A DNA stretch of 64,000 nt. Origin: Camelus ferus. Its lineage: Eukaryota. Location: contig NC_045696.1 in NCBI RefSeq assembly GCF_009834535.1, positions 56,360,001 through 56,424,000 on the forward strand, in the 5' to 3' direction. Positions within the stretch are counted from its first letter, which is position 1. Each line of letters opens with the position of its first letter. Both the position numbers and the translations under genes were made by a program. Below the pieces are notes generated by a model. It made no database searches. It saw only the letters and a program-made list of their open reading frames with translations, and was not told where the DNA came from. This document shows positions 1 to 13,360 of the stretch, piece by piece.

Positions 1-1019
1 TACAAAGCAAGAAGATTTAAATACCATATACTTATAAATAGCCCGTCCCATCTATATTACTTGTGTTTCATTTACGAAGAGATAAAAAGCACAGGCTGGG
101 TTACTGGCAGTCAGAAACAAGGTGAGATTGTTTTGAAAAAGGATTATGTATCTATCTCAGTATCTTTTCCCTTCATTTATTGATTAGCAATGTCAGGTAA
201 GAGCTTTCTTGATTTTTTTCTTCTCAAGTAAGTTCTCAATACATAGAGATAAATATCCATTTACATCTGCAGATTCTGTGTAAACCTGGCTTATCATTTC
301 AACAGCCTTTAATGAATTCAGATGCATAAGTGACATCTACCAGCTCACAGTATGACATTTTAAAATTTTTCATCAAAGACGAGTTTCTGAACATGGAAGT
401 TTATTACACTTGGAGTTATGGAGGACTAACTGGTCATCCTGCTGTTTCTTCTTAATGATGCTAAGGACGGAGTTTGCAAGCATGACCTGAGAATGGGGCT
501 GAGGGTACCTCTTGGCTTGTTGGGACTATAAGAAAACTTTCCTAAAATGTCACAGGGCCATGCTTTCTAAAATGCTACATGAGTTGATACAAATGGTATC
601 CTTGAGCTTTAAACATATCTAAAAGCAAATAAGAATGTCCTTCCAAAAAGCTTTTTAATAAAACAAGATTAAATTGTGAAATTTATTGAATTTCTTTTCC
701 AATCCACTGTTTTTGATCCATGCTACAATGGAATTATAAATCTAACTCATCTAGATATGTATCAAACAGTTTTTATTTCAGTGTTGTCTTGTTGTCTGGG
801 GTGTTTCAGCAAATGCGATCATTTTGCTTATTTTTAATGTATTAAGTTCAAAATCTTAACCTAATTCAAGTTCTGGATGCCTAAAACTAATATTTGTGTG
901 ACCTGTAATTATTTATGTTCAAATTTTGTATCATGAGGGCGAGAGCAACCTGACCTTGCTTCTTATTCTCCTGCCTGGACCTCCTAGGAGATTTCATTAA
1001 CCTTTCAATCTCCAGATAT

Positions 1020-2073
1020 GAATTCTTTAATCATAACAACTTCACTTTATTCCACTTTCAGACACCCATCCCCAGGTCACACCCTGGGTCTTATGATCAT
1101 TCAAGATGGTTCCATTTCAGAAATTTTAAACACCAATATCCCACTTTCTGATCCCAATGCACCCGAAATTTAACTCCTAGTCTCCTCCCTCAATCTGTTC
1201 TGACATTCTCCCCCAGTTCAGACAGTGGCAACTTCATCTTTCTTTTTGCTTGGACCAAAAACCCTAGAGTCATACCTGACTCTAGCTCACCACCCACATC
1301 CAAGCTGTCATGAAATCCTATTGGCTCTACTCTTAAAATACATCCAGATTCCAAATGCTTCTTACCACCTCTGCTGCCACCACCCTGATCAAAGTCCAAC
1401 TTTGCACATCTCATTTGGACTAATGCACTAGCCTCTTAACTGGTCTCCCTGCTTCTACTCTGGACCCTCCTTAAGGCTATTTTCAGCACAGCAGCCATAG
1501 CTATCACGTCACTTCTCTGCTCAAAATCCTGCAATGGCTTTCCACCTCACTCGAAGGAAAAGCCGAAGTCTCTACCAGGGTCTTCAAGGCCTCCACATTT
1601 GGTCCCAGTTATCTCTCTGCCTCATTTCCTACTTCTTCCCCTTGCCCACTCCTCTCCACCCACCTCCTCTCTATTTCATGAGAACGCCAGGCATTCTCAC
1701 ATTTCTAGGCTTTGAAGTGGCTGAACTCCCTACCTGGAATATGTTAATTCACATGTCAGCATGACTCAATCCCTCTCTCCCTTCGTGTCTTTGTTCAAAT
1801 GCTACTCTCTCAGCCAGGGTTATGATGACAACCCCACTTAAAATCACACTCTTCCACCAGAATTTCAAATTTTTCTTATTCTCTTCTATTCTCTCCATCC
1901 CCATCCCACCATAGCGCTTACTACTTTCTAACATATTACATAATCTACATATTTATTATTCTTGTTATTTACTGTCTTCTGCCAATTAGAATTGTTCAGG
2001 ATGTCCCCCCAGCACTGCAACACTACCGCACATGTTGAAAGCACTCAATAGATACCTGATGAATGAATGAATG
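1020..2073 (+). mobile_element. LINE-2 (L2a-like) 3' portion
   Basis: Pyrimidine-rich L2 3' sequence ending in the typical gaatgaatgaatga tail at 2061-2073. Confidence 0.8.
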
Positions 2074-2317
2074 AGTCTCCCATCCTCAGCCCTCTCATAT
2101 GCTAATATCTAATACATGTGCCCACTGACAGCCTCCAGACCTCCAGGTCCTTGGCTTTCAGCTTCCTCACAGTCTCTTTTCCTTTCTCTGCCCAATTTCA
2201 AACCTCTGGTTAGTTATCCGAACTGTTCTCTCAACAAGCACCAAATTCCCTTTCCAAACAAGTCCTTTTTCTGCACTTGCCCAACAAAGCTTGCATCTAA
2301 ATTATGATTCATTGGTA

Positions 2318-2738
2318 TTACTCAACCATAAAAAATAATGAAATATTTCCTTTTGCAGCAACATGGATGGATTTAGAGATAATCATACTAAGTGAAGTAA
2401 GTCAGACAGAGAAAGACAAATATCATATGGTATCACTTACATGTGGACTCTTAAAAAAATAATACAAATCAACTGATTTACAAAACAGAAACAGACTCAC
2501 AGACATAGAAAACAAACTTATGGCTACCAAAGGGGAAAGCAGGGGAAGGATGAATTAGGATAATGGGATTAACAGATACACACCACTATATATAAAATAA
2601 ACAACAAGGATTCATTCACTGTATAGCACAGGGAGCTATACTGAATATCTTGTAATAACCTATAATGGAAAATAATCTGAAGCTGTATGCCTGAAACTAA
2701 CATAATATTGTAAATCAACTATAGTTAAGTAAAGAAAT
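2318..2738 (+). mobile_element. 5'-truncated L1 3' end
   Basis: Contains tttgcagcaacatggatgga...ctaagtgaagtaagtcagacagagaaagacaaatatc (end of ORF2), followed by the 3' UTR. Confidence 0.9.
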
Positions 2739-5700
2739 TACAGTCCACTGTCTGCTTTTACATCCAGGCAGCTGAGTGCTACAACCTTGCAGACTGTTGC
2801 CACCAAAATCAATCAGCCAAACTTCTTGTACCACCAGTCAGTCCTTTTATTCCTTCTATGGGGTATTTCTTCACATTTCCGTTGTGAGTGACTCACCTCA
2901 TTGGATTCAGAAAATAAGAGCACCTGTCTGTCTAGATGATGCCTTCAGTCTAGGTTTGCTGCCCTCCTCTATGTTCTTATAAGACTCCAGGCTATATGCA
3001 CATCAATATAATTGTCATGTTATGTTACTAGCTTTTTGTTTGCCCCTCTAGACAATTTCTACTCCTCAAAAGTGAGGCTGTTTCTTATTCAGAGGCTGTA
3101 TCTAAGCCTCTAGCAAAGGCTTTGGAAAATGGCAAGTGTTCCATAAGCATTTGTTAGATGAATGAATGAATTCATCAATGGACATGGAAGGCCCATTGCT
3201 TCTTTCTTTGTCCTTTTCCTTAATCTCATTTTTCCTGGGCCATGCTCTCCTCTGTTAGGTGAGGGAAAGTGCCCCAAACGGCTCTAAAGTGGCAGAGATC
3301 CCTGACAGTCAGAGAAAGTCAAGAGCCGGCTTGTTTGTGTGCTAAGAAAAGAGTACATTCGGGTCACAGTAGGAGTTTTAGGGGGAGCCCCTGGGTCCCT
3401 CATGGAATGGTTGAAAACTCCCTGGCATTACTGAACACAAAAGGGCCAAGATATTTTGGGTGCCGGGGACTTCCACAGACACTGGGTTTTAACCTCTTGG
3501 CAAATCCCCAGACACCAAACCCTCATTGAAAAGCCTTGTCGTCTGGGTGAGCTCCTCCCTGGCTTCCCTTCTCAGCATGGTGCCGAGGGACTTTAAAAAT
3601 AAATGAGAAAAAGGATCCTAAAGGGATGCTTGTGAAGCTTTTTGCTCTCTCATTCTTTGTTTCCAGGAAAGTGCAGCATCTTGGGGATGTGTACACTCAC
3701 ATAGGCACACACATATATGTGTTTACTTGTTTCCAATGACATCAGGCCACTTGAAAGACTGCTTTCCATTGGCTGAATTCTTCCTGGAGAATTCCCCCAG
3801 GAAATGCTCTTGTCCAATGTGTCTCTTACATCATGCATTGAGGGCCACGTAGGACCGGTAATATGATGACAGCCCTTGTCAAGCAGTTGATGGATGAGAC
3901 TTCATCTTCGTGACCACCCAGACTACGGAGTCTCAGCAGACAGCAGCTTGGAGGTTGACAACACGCCTCCCGTTCCCTGGCTTCAGAAAATCTGCTGATC
4001 TTGGACTGATTTGCTGCTTGCAGCGAGGATGCAGTGTAATGCCTTGTCTTTACACGCTTGCAGCCAGTAAATGATGTTTTGTCATGAGCTAAAGCACTCA
4101 GCCCTGCTTCTAGTCCTGGGTGGGCCTGGCCTCTCTAAATGTTCCTGCTTGCCTGTAGTCATAAGTGCTTGTCTAGCCTTGTTTTACGTGGAGAGAGCGA
4201 GCTCCCACCTACTTTCTCTCAGGTCAGGCCCGCAGCACTGAAGCAACAGAGGAACTGGATGAACAAGGAAATTCTGCCTGCAGAGGAGCTAAATGGTTAG
4301 CAGTGGTTGGAACTGATGAAATCTAGGATGCCTTCCAGCTCTTCCCTTCTCAACTTATTCCAGAAGCCAGTTTCTTTTCCCTGTTGCCGGCTTATTAATA
4401 AGTCAGTCACACTTTGCATTTCTGCTTCTCTACCTTAAGCAGAACAACAGGCTGACCTGGTTACCAAAGATGTATTAGAATTTATGTCCCAATCAATCAG
4501 TCAAAATATTTAGCTATTAAGTACAAAAGAAAACTTGCTAAATAGCCTGTCCTCAAATTTCCCTTTAACAAAAGATGACCTTAGTGTCTCCATGTTTTAG
4601 TCACTATCTTTTTAACGATCTTCCCACATCAAACATTAATTCAGCAATTCCTAAATATCTACTTGCCAAGGTATTAAGAAGAACTTGAGACAGGAAGGCA
4701 AATGTGATATAATTTCTGTCCTCAGCTCATTAGGACATCACCTCCCTGGTTTCTAACCTCCTCATTGCAAAGACAATTTTCTTACTCTGTCTTTTCATCT
4801 TTTAAGACAGAATAAAAATTTAATCTAATATTAGCAGTTATTTTCTCCCTATTCATGGAGCCATTTAACAAAACCTACATATATATATGAATGTATGTAT
4901 ATTTTAGGTGACTATGAACATAAATTTCCAGTATACAAATTTCAGAATGCACAGCTCTCCTGGACCATAGACAGGCCAAAGGATCAATTTTAAAATGCAG
5001 CCTTGCAAATATTTTTAAAGCTGAAATGTGGAAATGTAGATAGAAGATCAAATGCCCACTAATTACTTCATTACCAGATCAAGTTTAGGAAAGCAGTGAA
5101 AAAGCATACTGATAGATTCAAGATAAATTGGTGATAAGAGGGAAAAAAACGGTACCAAAGGGTACCCTTACCAGAAAGGAGCTTATATGGTTTTAATTTG
5201 AAGCAATATGGCTACACTTCACATAGATTTTTTTTAAAAATTAGTTTCCAAATGTATTGTTGCCATGTCTCATTGTACCTGTAGTATATTTTAAGTGTGC
5301 TTTTAAATGCCAGGGGGAAAAACACTACGAACACAAAAAAAATCTTCTTCTGTTATATAACCTCATACCCTAGAGTATAAGCATGTGTTGTAATTTGTGA
5401 AGCAGTGATTTCAACTTCCTTTCTCTCCTTAGCTGCGGGGAAAAGGCCTCGAGCAACTCCTATCAGGAGGCCGGCAGCACTTCCCGAAGGGCAGAGCAGA
5501 TGCCCCGATCTTCAGTACAGCATAAAACACAGGCCCGATTGGCCACATGAAACACTCAGTCACAGGGAGTCTGCTGTGAACCAGAATATTATCTACCAGG
5601 TGACAGGTCAGTTGATCTCTGGGGCACGAAAGGCTCGACTGCCGTACTGGGGAGGTTTCCTTGCCGCCTTCTCCTTTCTTCCTCAGGTGTGCGTCAGAAT

Positions 5701-6699
5701 TTTGAGCCTTGGTGAATCTGAGAGGAATCTGGAACAACTACAGCTGCTGGAATTATTCATTCCCCACTGAGCTAGAATCTGGGAATTCATGATGCTGGGA
5801 CCGGGTTTTACTCAGCTTTGTCTCTACCAGCACCGTCTACAGGGCCCTGAACTGAGTGGAAACATAAATGTCTGTTATCCTGGGTAAAGCATTAGTCTTG
5901 GAAGAGTACTCAGAAGAGAAAAAGGGGGACTACGGGAAAGGCAGGACCTGTTTGCTCCTCCCTCACCAGCCCCCACGAATTGCCTAGGGCAGGCTTTGAG
6001 TCTTAGTGGACCTGACTCCCTCATTTTAAGAAGAAGAGACTGCATGCAGTTTTACAGCCAGATAGGGACCACACTGGGACAGCTAATCCAGATGTCCTGA
6101 CTCCTGGTTCCTTCTAGTGTTCTTTCACTTCCCCCCCAGTTTACCCCAGCCGCCTGGGACACTATGTACATCCTACTGATCCACAAACTTCTGCTACGGG
6201 CCTTTCTGATCCTGGTTTCTAACGTTCAGCAGTAGCTCTGGCAGGTCTGGGGTTTTTCACCTGCCTCCTCCCCTGAGGCCCCTTGAAGGCCCCCCTGACC
6301 AGGAATTTATCATCAAGAGGAAACAGAGAGGAAGTCCTGAGTCCCCTGGAGTGCCTTCTGCTGGGCTTTGCCTGCCCCTTCCAACTCTGACTGCTAGCTT
6401 GGATCTCTGATCTTGGCAGGCTCCCTTATGACTCCTGGCTTTACCTACTGGCTGGAACCCCAGACTGAATTCTTGCAACAGCCGGCTTTGGGCTCTTGGT
6501 TTCCATCATTGTCTAGTGTCTCCAAGTCTTGGCCCCAGCAGTGGCCTGAAAGTGTCTGCCCTAGGCTGTGACAGGAGCTGTATGTTCTGTCCTGTAATCT
6601 GATGTGAAAGGAACAACTGTTAGATAATCTGTGTGTGTGTTTAAGCAGCTTGCATGGATTAATACTGAGGTTAATACTGAGGTAACAAGATGTCGTAGA

Positions 6700-6900
6700 A
6701 AAAGCATGGCTTTGAAATCAAACTGACTAGATTGACTAGCTGTGTGTGGTGGATGATCTGTCTAACCATGTTGAGGCAGTTTCTTTATCTGAAAGGATAT
6801 CTGGGGAAAATAATGTTTATCCTCCTGAATGCTATACAGCTTAGAGATAATGTGTCTAAAGTAAAAAGCACACAAGAGGCCTGTGATAGAAATTAGCAAC
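6700..6900 (+). mobile_element. MIR SINE, degraded
   Basis: MIR-like core: agaaaaagcatggctttgaaatca...gcagtttctttatctgaaa... Confidence 0.6.
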
Positions 6901-7207
6901 TATGAATTTTAAGTTAAATTGTCTGTATGTATACTCATAGGGACTAAATGCTGATTTTATGTTTGAAGTACTGAAGGATCTTGAAGCACCTCTGAATCAT
7001 CAAAAATTACATTATGTTCAGAATCATCTGCATATATATTTTTTCTATTTCTTAGAATATTGGTAATTATATCAAATAATATTAAAAACAATAGGCAACA
7101 TTGATTATATATTAAATGTGCTAGGCTGTTGCTAAGCACTCTCTATATACCACCTAAAGCAATCTTCACAGCATCTTGAGATACGTAATATCATCACTCC
7201 TATTTTT

Positions 7208-7329
7208 ATTTTTTAGTTTTTTTTTTTAATTGAAGTATAGTCAGTTTACAATGTGTCAATTTCTGGTGTACAGCATAATGTTTCAGTCATACATATATTC
7301 ATTTCATATTCTTTTTCACTATAGGTTAC
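7208..7329 (-). mobile_element. Short young L1 3'-end insertion inside a MIR (about 7100-7460)
   Basis: Poly-T followed by the L1 3' terminus (ttgaagtatagtcagtttacaatg...). It has an 18-bp TSD, atcatcactcctattttt (7190-7207) and atcattactcctattttt (7330-7347). Confidence 0.9.
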
Positions 7330-7869
7330 ATCATTACTCCTATTTTTAAGTAGAGAAATGGGATTTAGCAAAGTTCAATAGTGATCTAGTCGCATGACTC
7401 GTAAGTGATGGAGCTGGGATTTGAGGTAGAGTTTGATTCCAGAGCCTAAGTTCTTATGCCATTTAATCTTTCACTGGTCACACATTTACACTTTCATGAA
7501 CATTGTTAAGGAAGGTTAACATCCTCTCTCCATTTCCCCACCTAGGCTGGTGGGGAACAGTTTTCGTCCCACTCCCCCTACGTGGAAAACTGCTGATAAG
7601 GAAGCTTTCATGTCCCTCTCCACCTGTTCTCACTCTCCCCCAAGTGAGCAGGAGTCTGTAGTCAGACTGGAGAAAGGCTAACAGGTCCAGGCCATGTTCT
7701 ACTAAATGGTCTCCAAGACAGGGATTTCCACCCCACCTCCCTCCTTTCCCATCTCCACTGGGCAGTGAACTTCCCTCCACTTCCTGGGCCCCATTTTAGC
7801 ATTGTGTCAAGCAGCATTTTCTAATTTACCTTTCACCAGAAATCCCTGTGCTTTCTTCTGCTTCAAAGG

Positions 7870-8720
7870 CTTTTTATTTTGAAATCATTTGACCCACAAG
7901 GAGTTGCAAACCAGAACAGAGTTTCTGTGTACCCTTCACCCAGCTTTCTCCAAAGATAACATATTGCATAATTAGAATACATTATCTAAACCAGGAAATT
8001 GACACTGATGTAATACTATTAACTAAACTATGACCCTGTCCAAATTCCACCAGTTTTTACATGTACTCCTTGTGTCTGCGTGTGTGTAGATCTATGAAAT
8101 TTATCACATGTATGGATTAACATAACTACCACCATCATCAGGATACTAAATTGTCCCATTATGCATACAAAACAAAACCTCCCTCACACTACCCTCTTCA
8201 CAGTCACACCTTTCCTCCAACCATAACCCTTGGCAACCTCTGATCTGTTCTTTATCACTATAAATTCATCTCTTGAGAATGCAATATAAATAGAATCATA
8301 CAGTGTGTAACCCCTTGAGGCTGGCTGTTTTCTCTCGGCATAATGGCCTGGAGAGTCATCCAAGTGGTTACATGTGTTAATAACTTGCTCCCTTTTATTG
8401 CTGGGTAGTGTTCTACTGTACGGATGTACCACAGTTTGTTTGTCCATTCATCTGTTGAAGGATGTTTGGGCTGTTTCTAGGTTTTGATTATTCCAAATAA
8501 AGCTGCCATAAACATTGTGTGCAGGTTTTTGTGTGAACGTAAGTTTTCATTTCTCTAGGGCAAATACCAGGAGTGTGATTGCTAAATTACACAGTGAGTC
8601 TATGTTTGATTTTGTACAAATCTTCCCAACCTTTTTCCGGGGTAGTGGTACCATTTTACCCAACAGCAATGTATGACATCCAGTTTCTCTGCATTCTTGC
8701 TGATGCTGGGTATGGTCAGT
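7870..8720 (-). mobile_element. Old L1M (L1MC/L1MD-like) 3' end
   Basis: Antisense L1 ORF2 end and 3' UTR motifs (ccattcatctgttgaaggatgtttgggctgtttc; aacccttggcaacctctgatctg). Confidence 0.8.
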
Positions 8721-8859
8721 GTGTGTGCTTTTGGTGAGTGTGACACATGTTGGCCTTAAAGGTAGAAACCTTGGATATCTTTTGATTATTAGTGATGTGT
8801 GCCTGTATTCACTCTCTCTGGAACGATTCCTGGAGGGGAGGAGGATACGTTTTCGGTTC

Positions 8860-10300
8860 TAAATTCTTATCAAGCATCTCCTGTATGCCAGACACTGTGG
8901 CAGGTGCTAGCAAATACAGAAAACTAAGGTATTTGAGTTTGAGGACTCAATATGAGGCAGAGGGGATGGATAAGTGGATAGGTAAATATGATTATGAAAC
9001 AACACAGTAAGTAATACAGGTATATGCAAAGTACTGTGTGCACTGATAAAGGAATTGTGCCTTAGAACAGTGGTTCTTAAATTTTAGAATTGACAAGAAT
9101 CACCTAAAGAGCTTGTTAAAATACAGATCTAGTCATCATCCCACAGAGTGCTGGATTCAGTATATCTAGGGTAGAGCCCTAAGAATTTGTATTTCTAATG
9201 AGTTCCCAAATGATACTGATGCTGCTGGTCCAGGGCCCACATTTTGATGGATAAGAGTTTGTCTTAAGGATGAATAGGAGTTTATCAGGTGAAAAATGAG
9301 AAGAGTCACGAAACAAGGAAGAGCATGAACAAAGAACTGGTGATGAAAGTGCATGGTACTCTCTAGGTGATTACATATTACCTCGTCTGATGAGAGCACA
9401 ACTTAATTTAAAGAAGCAGAAATTGTAGGTTAAAGCCAGGCTACAAAAGATCTTAAGTGCCTACCTTAGGAATTGTGTAGGCAGTAGAAGTCTATGCTTG
9501 AAAAAAAAAAATGCTGGCAAGAGGGCAGAGGCTGAATTGGAAATGGACAATAGGTAGGGGGCTACTGCAAAAATTCAGATGAAAAGCAGACCAGACTTGG
9601 GCAATGGAGACAGATAATAGGAGACCGATTTGAGAGACATTTGAGGTTAACTATCTAAGACTTGTTGACTCACTGGATGTGTAAGGAGATGAAGAAATCC
9701 AGAATGAGGAGTGGATGGATGGTAGTGCTGTCAACTGAGATAAGAAATACATGGAGGTAGAGAAAAATGAGTGGTAAGGTATGAGTCTGGTTTTTGGTCA
9801 CTGAATCGAAACTGACTGAGGAACATCCATCTGACAATATCAACTATGAAGTTAGAAACTGGGATTTGAAAGAGGCAGGGTTTGGGAATATGCTGCAGGA
9901 GGGATTAAGACCAGGTGAGGGGTGTAGTGTAAGAAGTGAAGTAAGACTGGAACCCAGGATGATATCAACATAAATGGGGAGGTGGAATGCAGGAGCTAGG
10001 GAAAGCAGCTGGTAAGAAGCAAAGAGGTAAAGCCAGGACATTCACGAGTGGTAAAGTTAAGAACAGAGACGTTTTAGAAAGGAGGGACAGAGGAGATGGT
10101 TAAGTGTCATCTGGCTTGAGACTAAACAGGACGGCATCTAAAAAGGTATCAGTTGGTTTAATGACCTTGGCAGGAGTCATTTCAGTGGAATCAGGGCATG
10201 GGTTGAAGACTGAATTGGAGATGAGGAAGTGGAGGTAGGTAGCAAAGACCACTCTTTTAAGAGGCTTGGTGGTAATAGGATGAGGAGGGCTGGGGCAACA
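8860..10300 (-). mobile_element. LINE-2 fragments, interrupted by MER5A
   Basis: Purine-rich antisense L2 sequence (atgccagacactgtggcaggtgct...; gaccttggcaggagtcatttcagtgga). Confidence 0.65.
9068..9250. mobile_element. MER5A-like hAT-Charlie MITE
   Basis: cagtggttcttaaa...gaatcacct...gagcttgttaaaatacagat...atttctaatgagttccca...gatgctgctggtcc. Confidence 0.85.
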
Positions 10301-11304
10301 TCTTCAGGGAAAGGCATGATCAAGAGAAAAATTTCCTCTGGAGGCCTTCAAAAGTTTCAAGGGGAATGCCAACAGTTTCTAGTGGCTAATCAATATTTAT
10401 TTGTCTACCTGATTTGAAATGTGCAAAACACAGAAAACTATTTGAGCAATTACCACTGATTCATTCATAGGAGGCAATTTGAGTGTGATAATCACTCTGG
10501 TATCTTTCTCAACAAATTCAGAGGCACATAATTAGTTTAGTCTTACTGTCTTTTGGTCTCTGAGCACTCCCTGTGCCCCATCATCAACAGCAAAAGATCC
10601 CACTGTTATTCTAGCTTCTGCCTTTTAATAGATTTAAATAATCCCTTTATGTGTTTTGGACTTTCTTCAAAGGTGTTTCTCAAAGACTTTTTTCCTATTT
10701 TGAAACTAACCTGACATACTCTGTGGGCTCCCTGATCTCCTCTGGGTAGCTTTTTACATTCTTTGAGAGATGTCCTTTTCCCTCCACAATAACCACTGTG
10801 ACTGTCGAATTTTTAAGTGCTTGGATTTTTTTCTTTTTTTAATTCTCAGTTACTCTTTCTCTAAACTTCCAATAAAGTCTCTTAAAATAGTGTTCTATCT
10901 TCTCATGATTCAAAAGCCTACCTTTCAACTTTATCCCAGTTAATACATTTTGTCATAGTTTCCTTTTGAACAATGAATAATTGAGATAAATTTTCTGGGC
11001 TTATGGATTTAGGATGTCACAATAACTCACATTTATTGGCTCCCCCATGGTTACCTCCTAAGACCAACCCTAGTCACAAGGCAAGAACCACAGCCAGGAC
11101 TGTAGGTGGTTTGAAACTTCCTATGAAAGGAAAGTTCATCCTATCAAAAATCCTTGCTAAAAATCTCACTTCTACCTCTTGACCTGATTAGGCTTTTACA
11201 GTTCACACTTAGTTTAATTTTTAATAGCTGGCATGATTTCTAAGTTTCTAAATCTTTAACATTTGTATATTGGTATCATCAGCTTGGTCATCTAATCTAT
11301 GGTA

Positions 11305-11470
11305 CTGGTTCTCAAACACTGGAATCACCTGCAGAACTGGAAAAAAAACTGCTGCTGCTCTCCCATCCCAAGACATTCTGATTTAACTGGCACAGGATGA
11401 AGCCTGGGTATCAGGATTTTTAAAAGTTCCCTAGGAGATTCTAATATAAACCAAATCTAAGATATCATTG
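11305..11470. mobile_element. MER5-family MITE
   Basis: tggttctcaaac...gaatcacctg...ttctgatttaactgg...ttttaaaagttccctaggagattctaat. Confidence 0.75.
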
Positions 11471-11509
11471 GTTTAAGTATATTCCTAAGATACTCTAATT
11501 TTTTAAATT

Positions 11510-12335
11510 GTGAAAGGATTTGAATAGACATTTCTCCAAAGAAGATACACAAATGATTCATACATACATGGAAAGATGCTCAACATTATTAGCCATCAGA
11601 GAAATGCAAATCAAAACCACTTCATACACACTAGGATGGATAGAATAAAGACATATAATAACAAGTGTTGGCAATGATGTGGAGGAAACTGGAACCCTCA
11701 TATATCGGTAGTGAGATTATAAAATGGTACAGCTACTTTGGAAAACAGCTCAGCATTTATGTAAGCACAGAGCCACCATATGACACAGCAATTCCACTCC
11801 TAGGTATGTCCCCAAGACAAAGGAAAACATAGGTCCACACAAAAACTTACACATGGGTGTTCATAGCAGCACATTTTTCCTAATAGCCAGAAAAAGCAGA
11901 AATAAACAAATATCTGTCAACTGATGAATAGATAAGCAAAATGTGGACTATCCATGCACAGCAGAATGTTTTTCAGCCATAAAAGGCATGACGTGCTGCT
12001 TCATACTGCAACATGGATGAACCTTGTAATCATTATGCCAAGATTACACTAAGTGAAAGAAGCCAGATACAAAGGGTCACACGCTGTATGACTCTGTATG
12101 TACTGTTCAGATTAGGCAAGTAGAGGTAGAAAGTAGGCTGGTAGCTGCTAAAGGCTGGGGGAGGGGAGAAACAGGGAGGGGCTGCTAACAGGTCTGGGGT
12201 TTCTCTTTAGGGTAACGAAATTGTTCTGGAATTAGATAGTGGTGATGATTGTCCAGCCTTGTGAATGAACTAAAAACTACTGAACTGTATGCTTCAAAAA
12301 GGTGAGTTTCATAGTATGTAAATTATATTTCAAGA
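11510..12335 (+). mobile_element. L1MB-like 3' end
   Basis: ORF2 C-terminal motif (tagacatttctccaaagaagatac...gaaatgcaaatcaaaaccac) followed by the 3' UTR ending taaattatatttcaa. Confidence 0.85.
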
Positions 12336-12569
12336 GAATAAGTGCTTTCTTATTGTTATCTTATGTGTCTGAGGAATTCCTACCCATGGAGATTTGAGAA
12401 ACACTCTCCTTGCCAATAACATTTCTATTTTAATATTGTTTGTTGTGCATCTCATGCAAAACTAGGCCTCCCCTTTCTTGTGTGCCAGAATGAAACATCT
12501 GGCTTTGGTCACCTTTACTAAATAAGGACATGAGAATAATAAATAAATTCTGGAGAAGGAAAGCTGAAT

Positions 12570-12830
12570 GGCAGGGTCTCTATAGAATGAGGACAGACCT
12601 TTCTGCAGCCTGGAAAGGGAAAGGCCAATAGGGATGTGACTGAAGCCTATTAAATCACAAAGAGATCTTGTGTATGGTAGAAGGAAATCCTGGATTACTT
12701 GAAAGAGAGGATACCATGTAAAGGTTCAGAAACGCAAAGTTGGCATATGAAAAATAAAGTAACAACTTCACACAACAGGTAGGGATTCAAGGATGATCAA
12801 ATGGTATAGGCAATAAAATATAGTTTTAAG
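12570..12830 (+). mobile_element. Possible CR1/L3 3' remnant
   Basis: cagcctggaaagggaaaggccaatagggatgtgactgaagcctattaaatc resembles the CR1 C-terminal LFSLEKRRLRGDMIEVYKI coding motif. Confidence 0.45.
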
Positions 12831-12914
12831 GAAACGGTCCAATAATAGATTATATTTTATCAATATACGTTACTACTAATAGGAGTTTTTATCTTTCTCT
12901 TTAAAGTTTAAAAA

Positions 12915-13360
12915 GATTTTAATTGTGATAAAATTACCTTCAATAAATAACACAAAATTTACCATCTTAACCATTTTAAGCGTACAGTTCATTAGTGTTA
13001 ATTATATTCACATTGTTGTGTAACCAATCTCCAGAACTTTTTCATCTTGCAAAACTGAAATATTATACCCACTAAACAACAATCCCTCATTTCTCCCTCA
13101 CACCCCCCCCAGCCCCTGGCAACAACCATTTTATTTTCTATTTCTATGAGCTTGACTACCCTAGATATAAGTAGATGCATACATTATTTGTCTTTTTGTG
13201 ACTGGCTTATTTCACTTAGTATAATGTCTTCAAGAGACATCCATGTTGTAACATGTGTCAATTTCCTCCCTTTCTAGGGCTGAATACTTTTCCAATGTAT
13301 GTATATATCACATTTTGTTTATCCATCCCTCTGCCAATGGACACTTCAATTGCTTGTTTT
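12915..13360 (-). mobile_element. L1MB/L1MA-like 3' end
   Basis: aaaatttaccatcttaaccattttaagcgtacagttc...agcccctggcaacaaccatt...tttttgtgactggcttatttcacttag. Confidence 0.85.

Noticed and set aside
79..312. Possible + strand terminal exons (DKKHRLGYWQSET|SL*; donor aag|gtgag at 121, acceptor ttcaacag at 305)
   Set aside because: No recognisable protein, a weak first acceptor, and a position antisense within the presumed GPR156 intron. It is likely chance, but cannot be excluded at the window edge.
5826..5846. REST/NRSE-like motif ccagcaccgtctacagggcc
   Set aside because: The right half-site lacks the critical GG of GGACAG.
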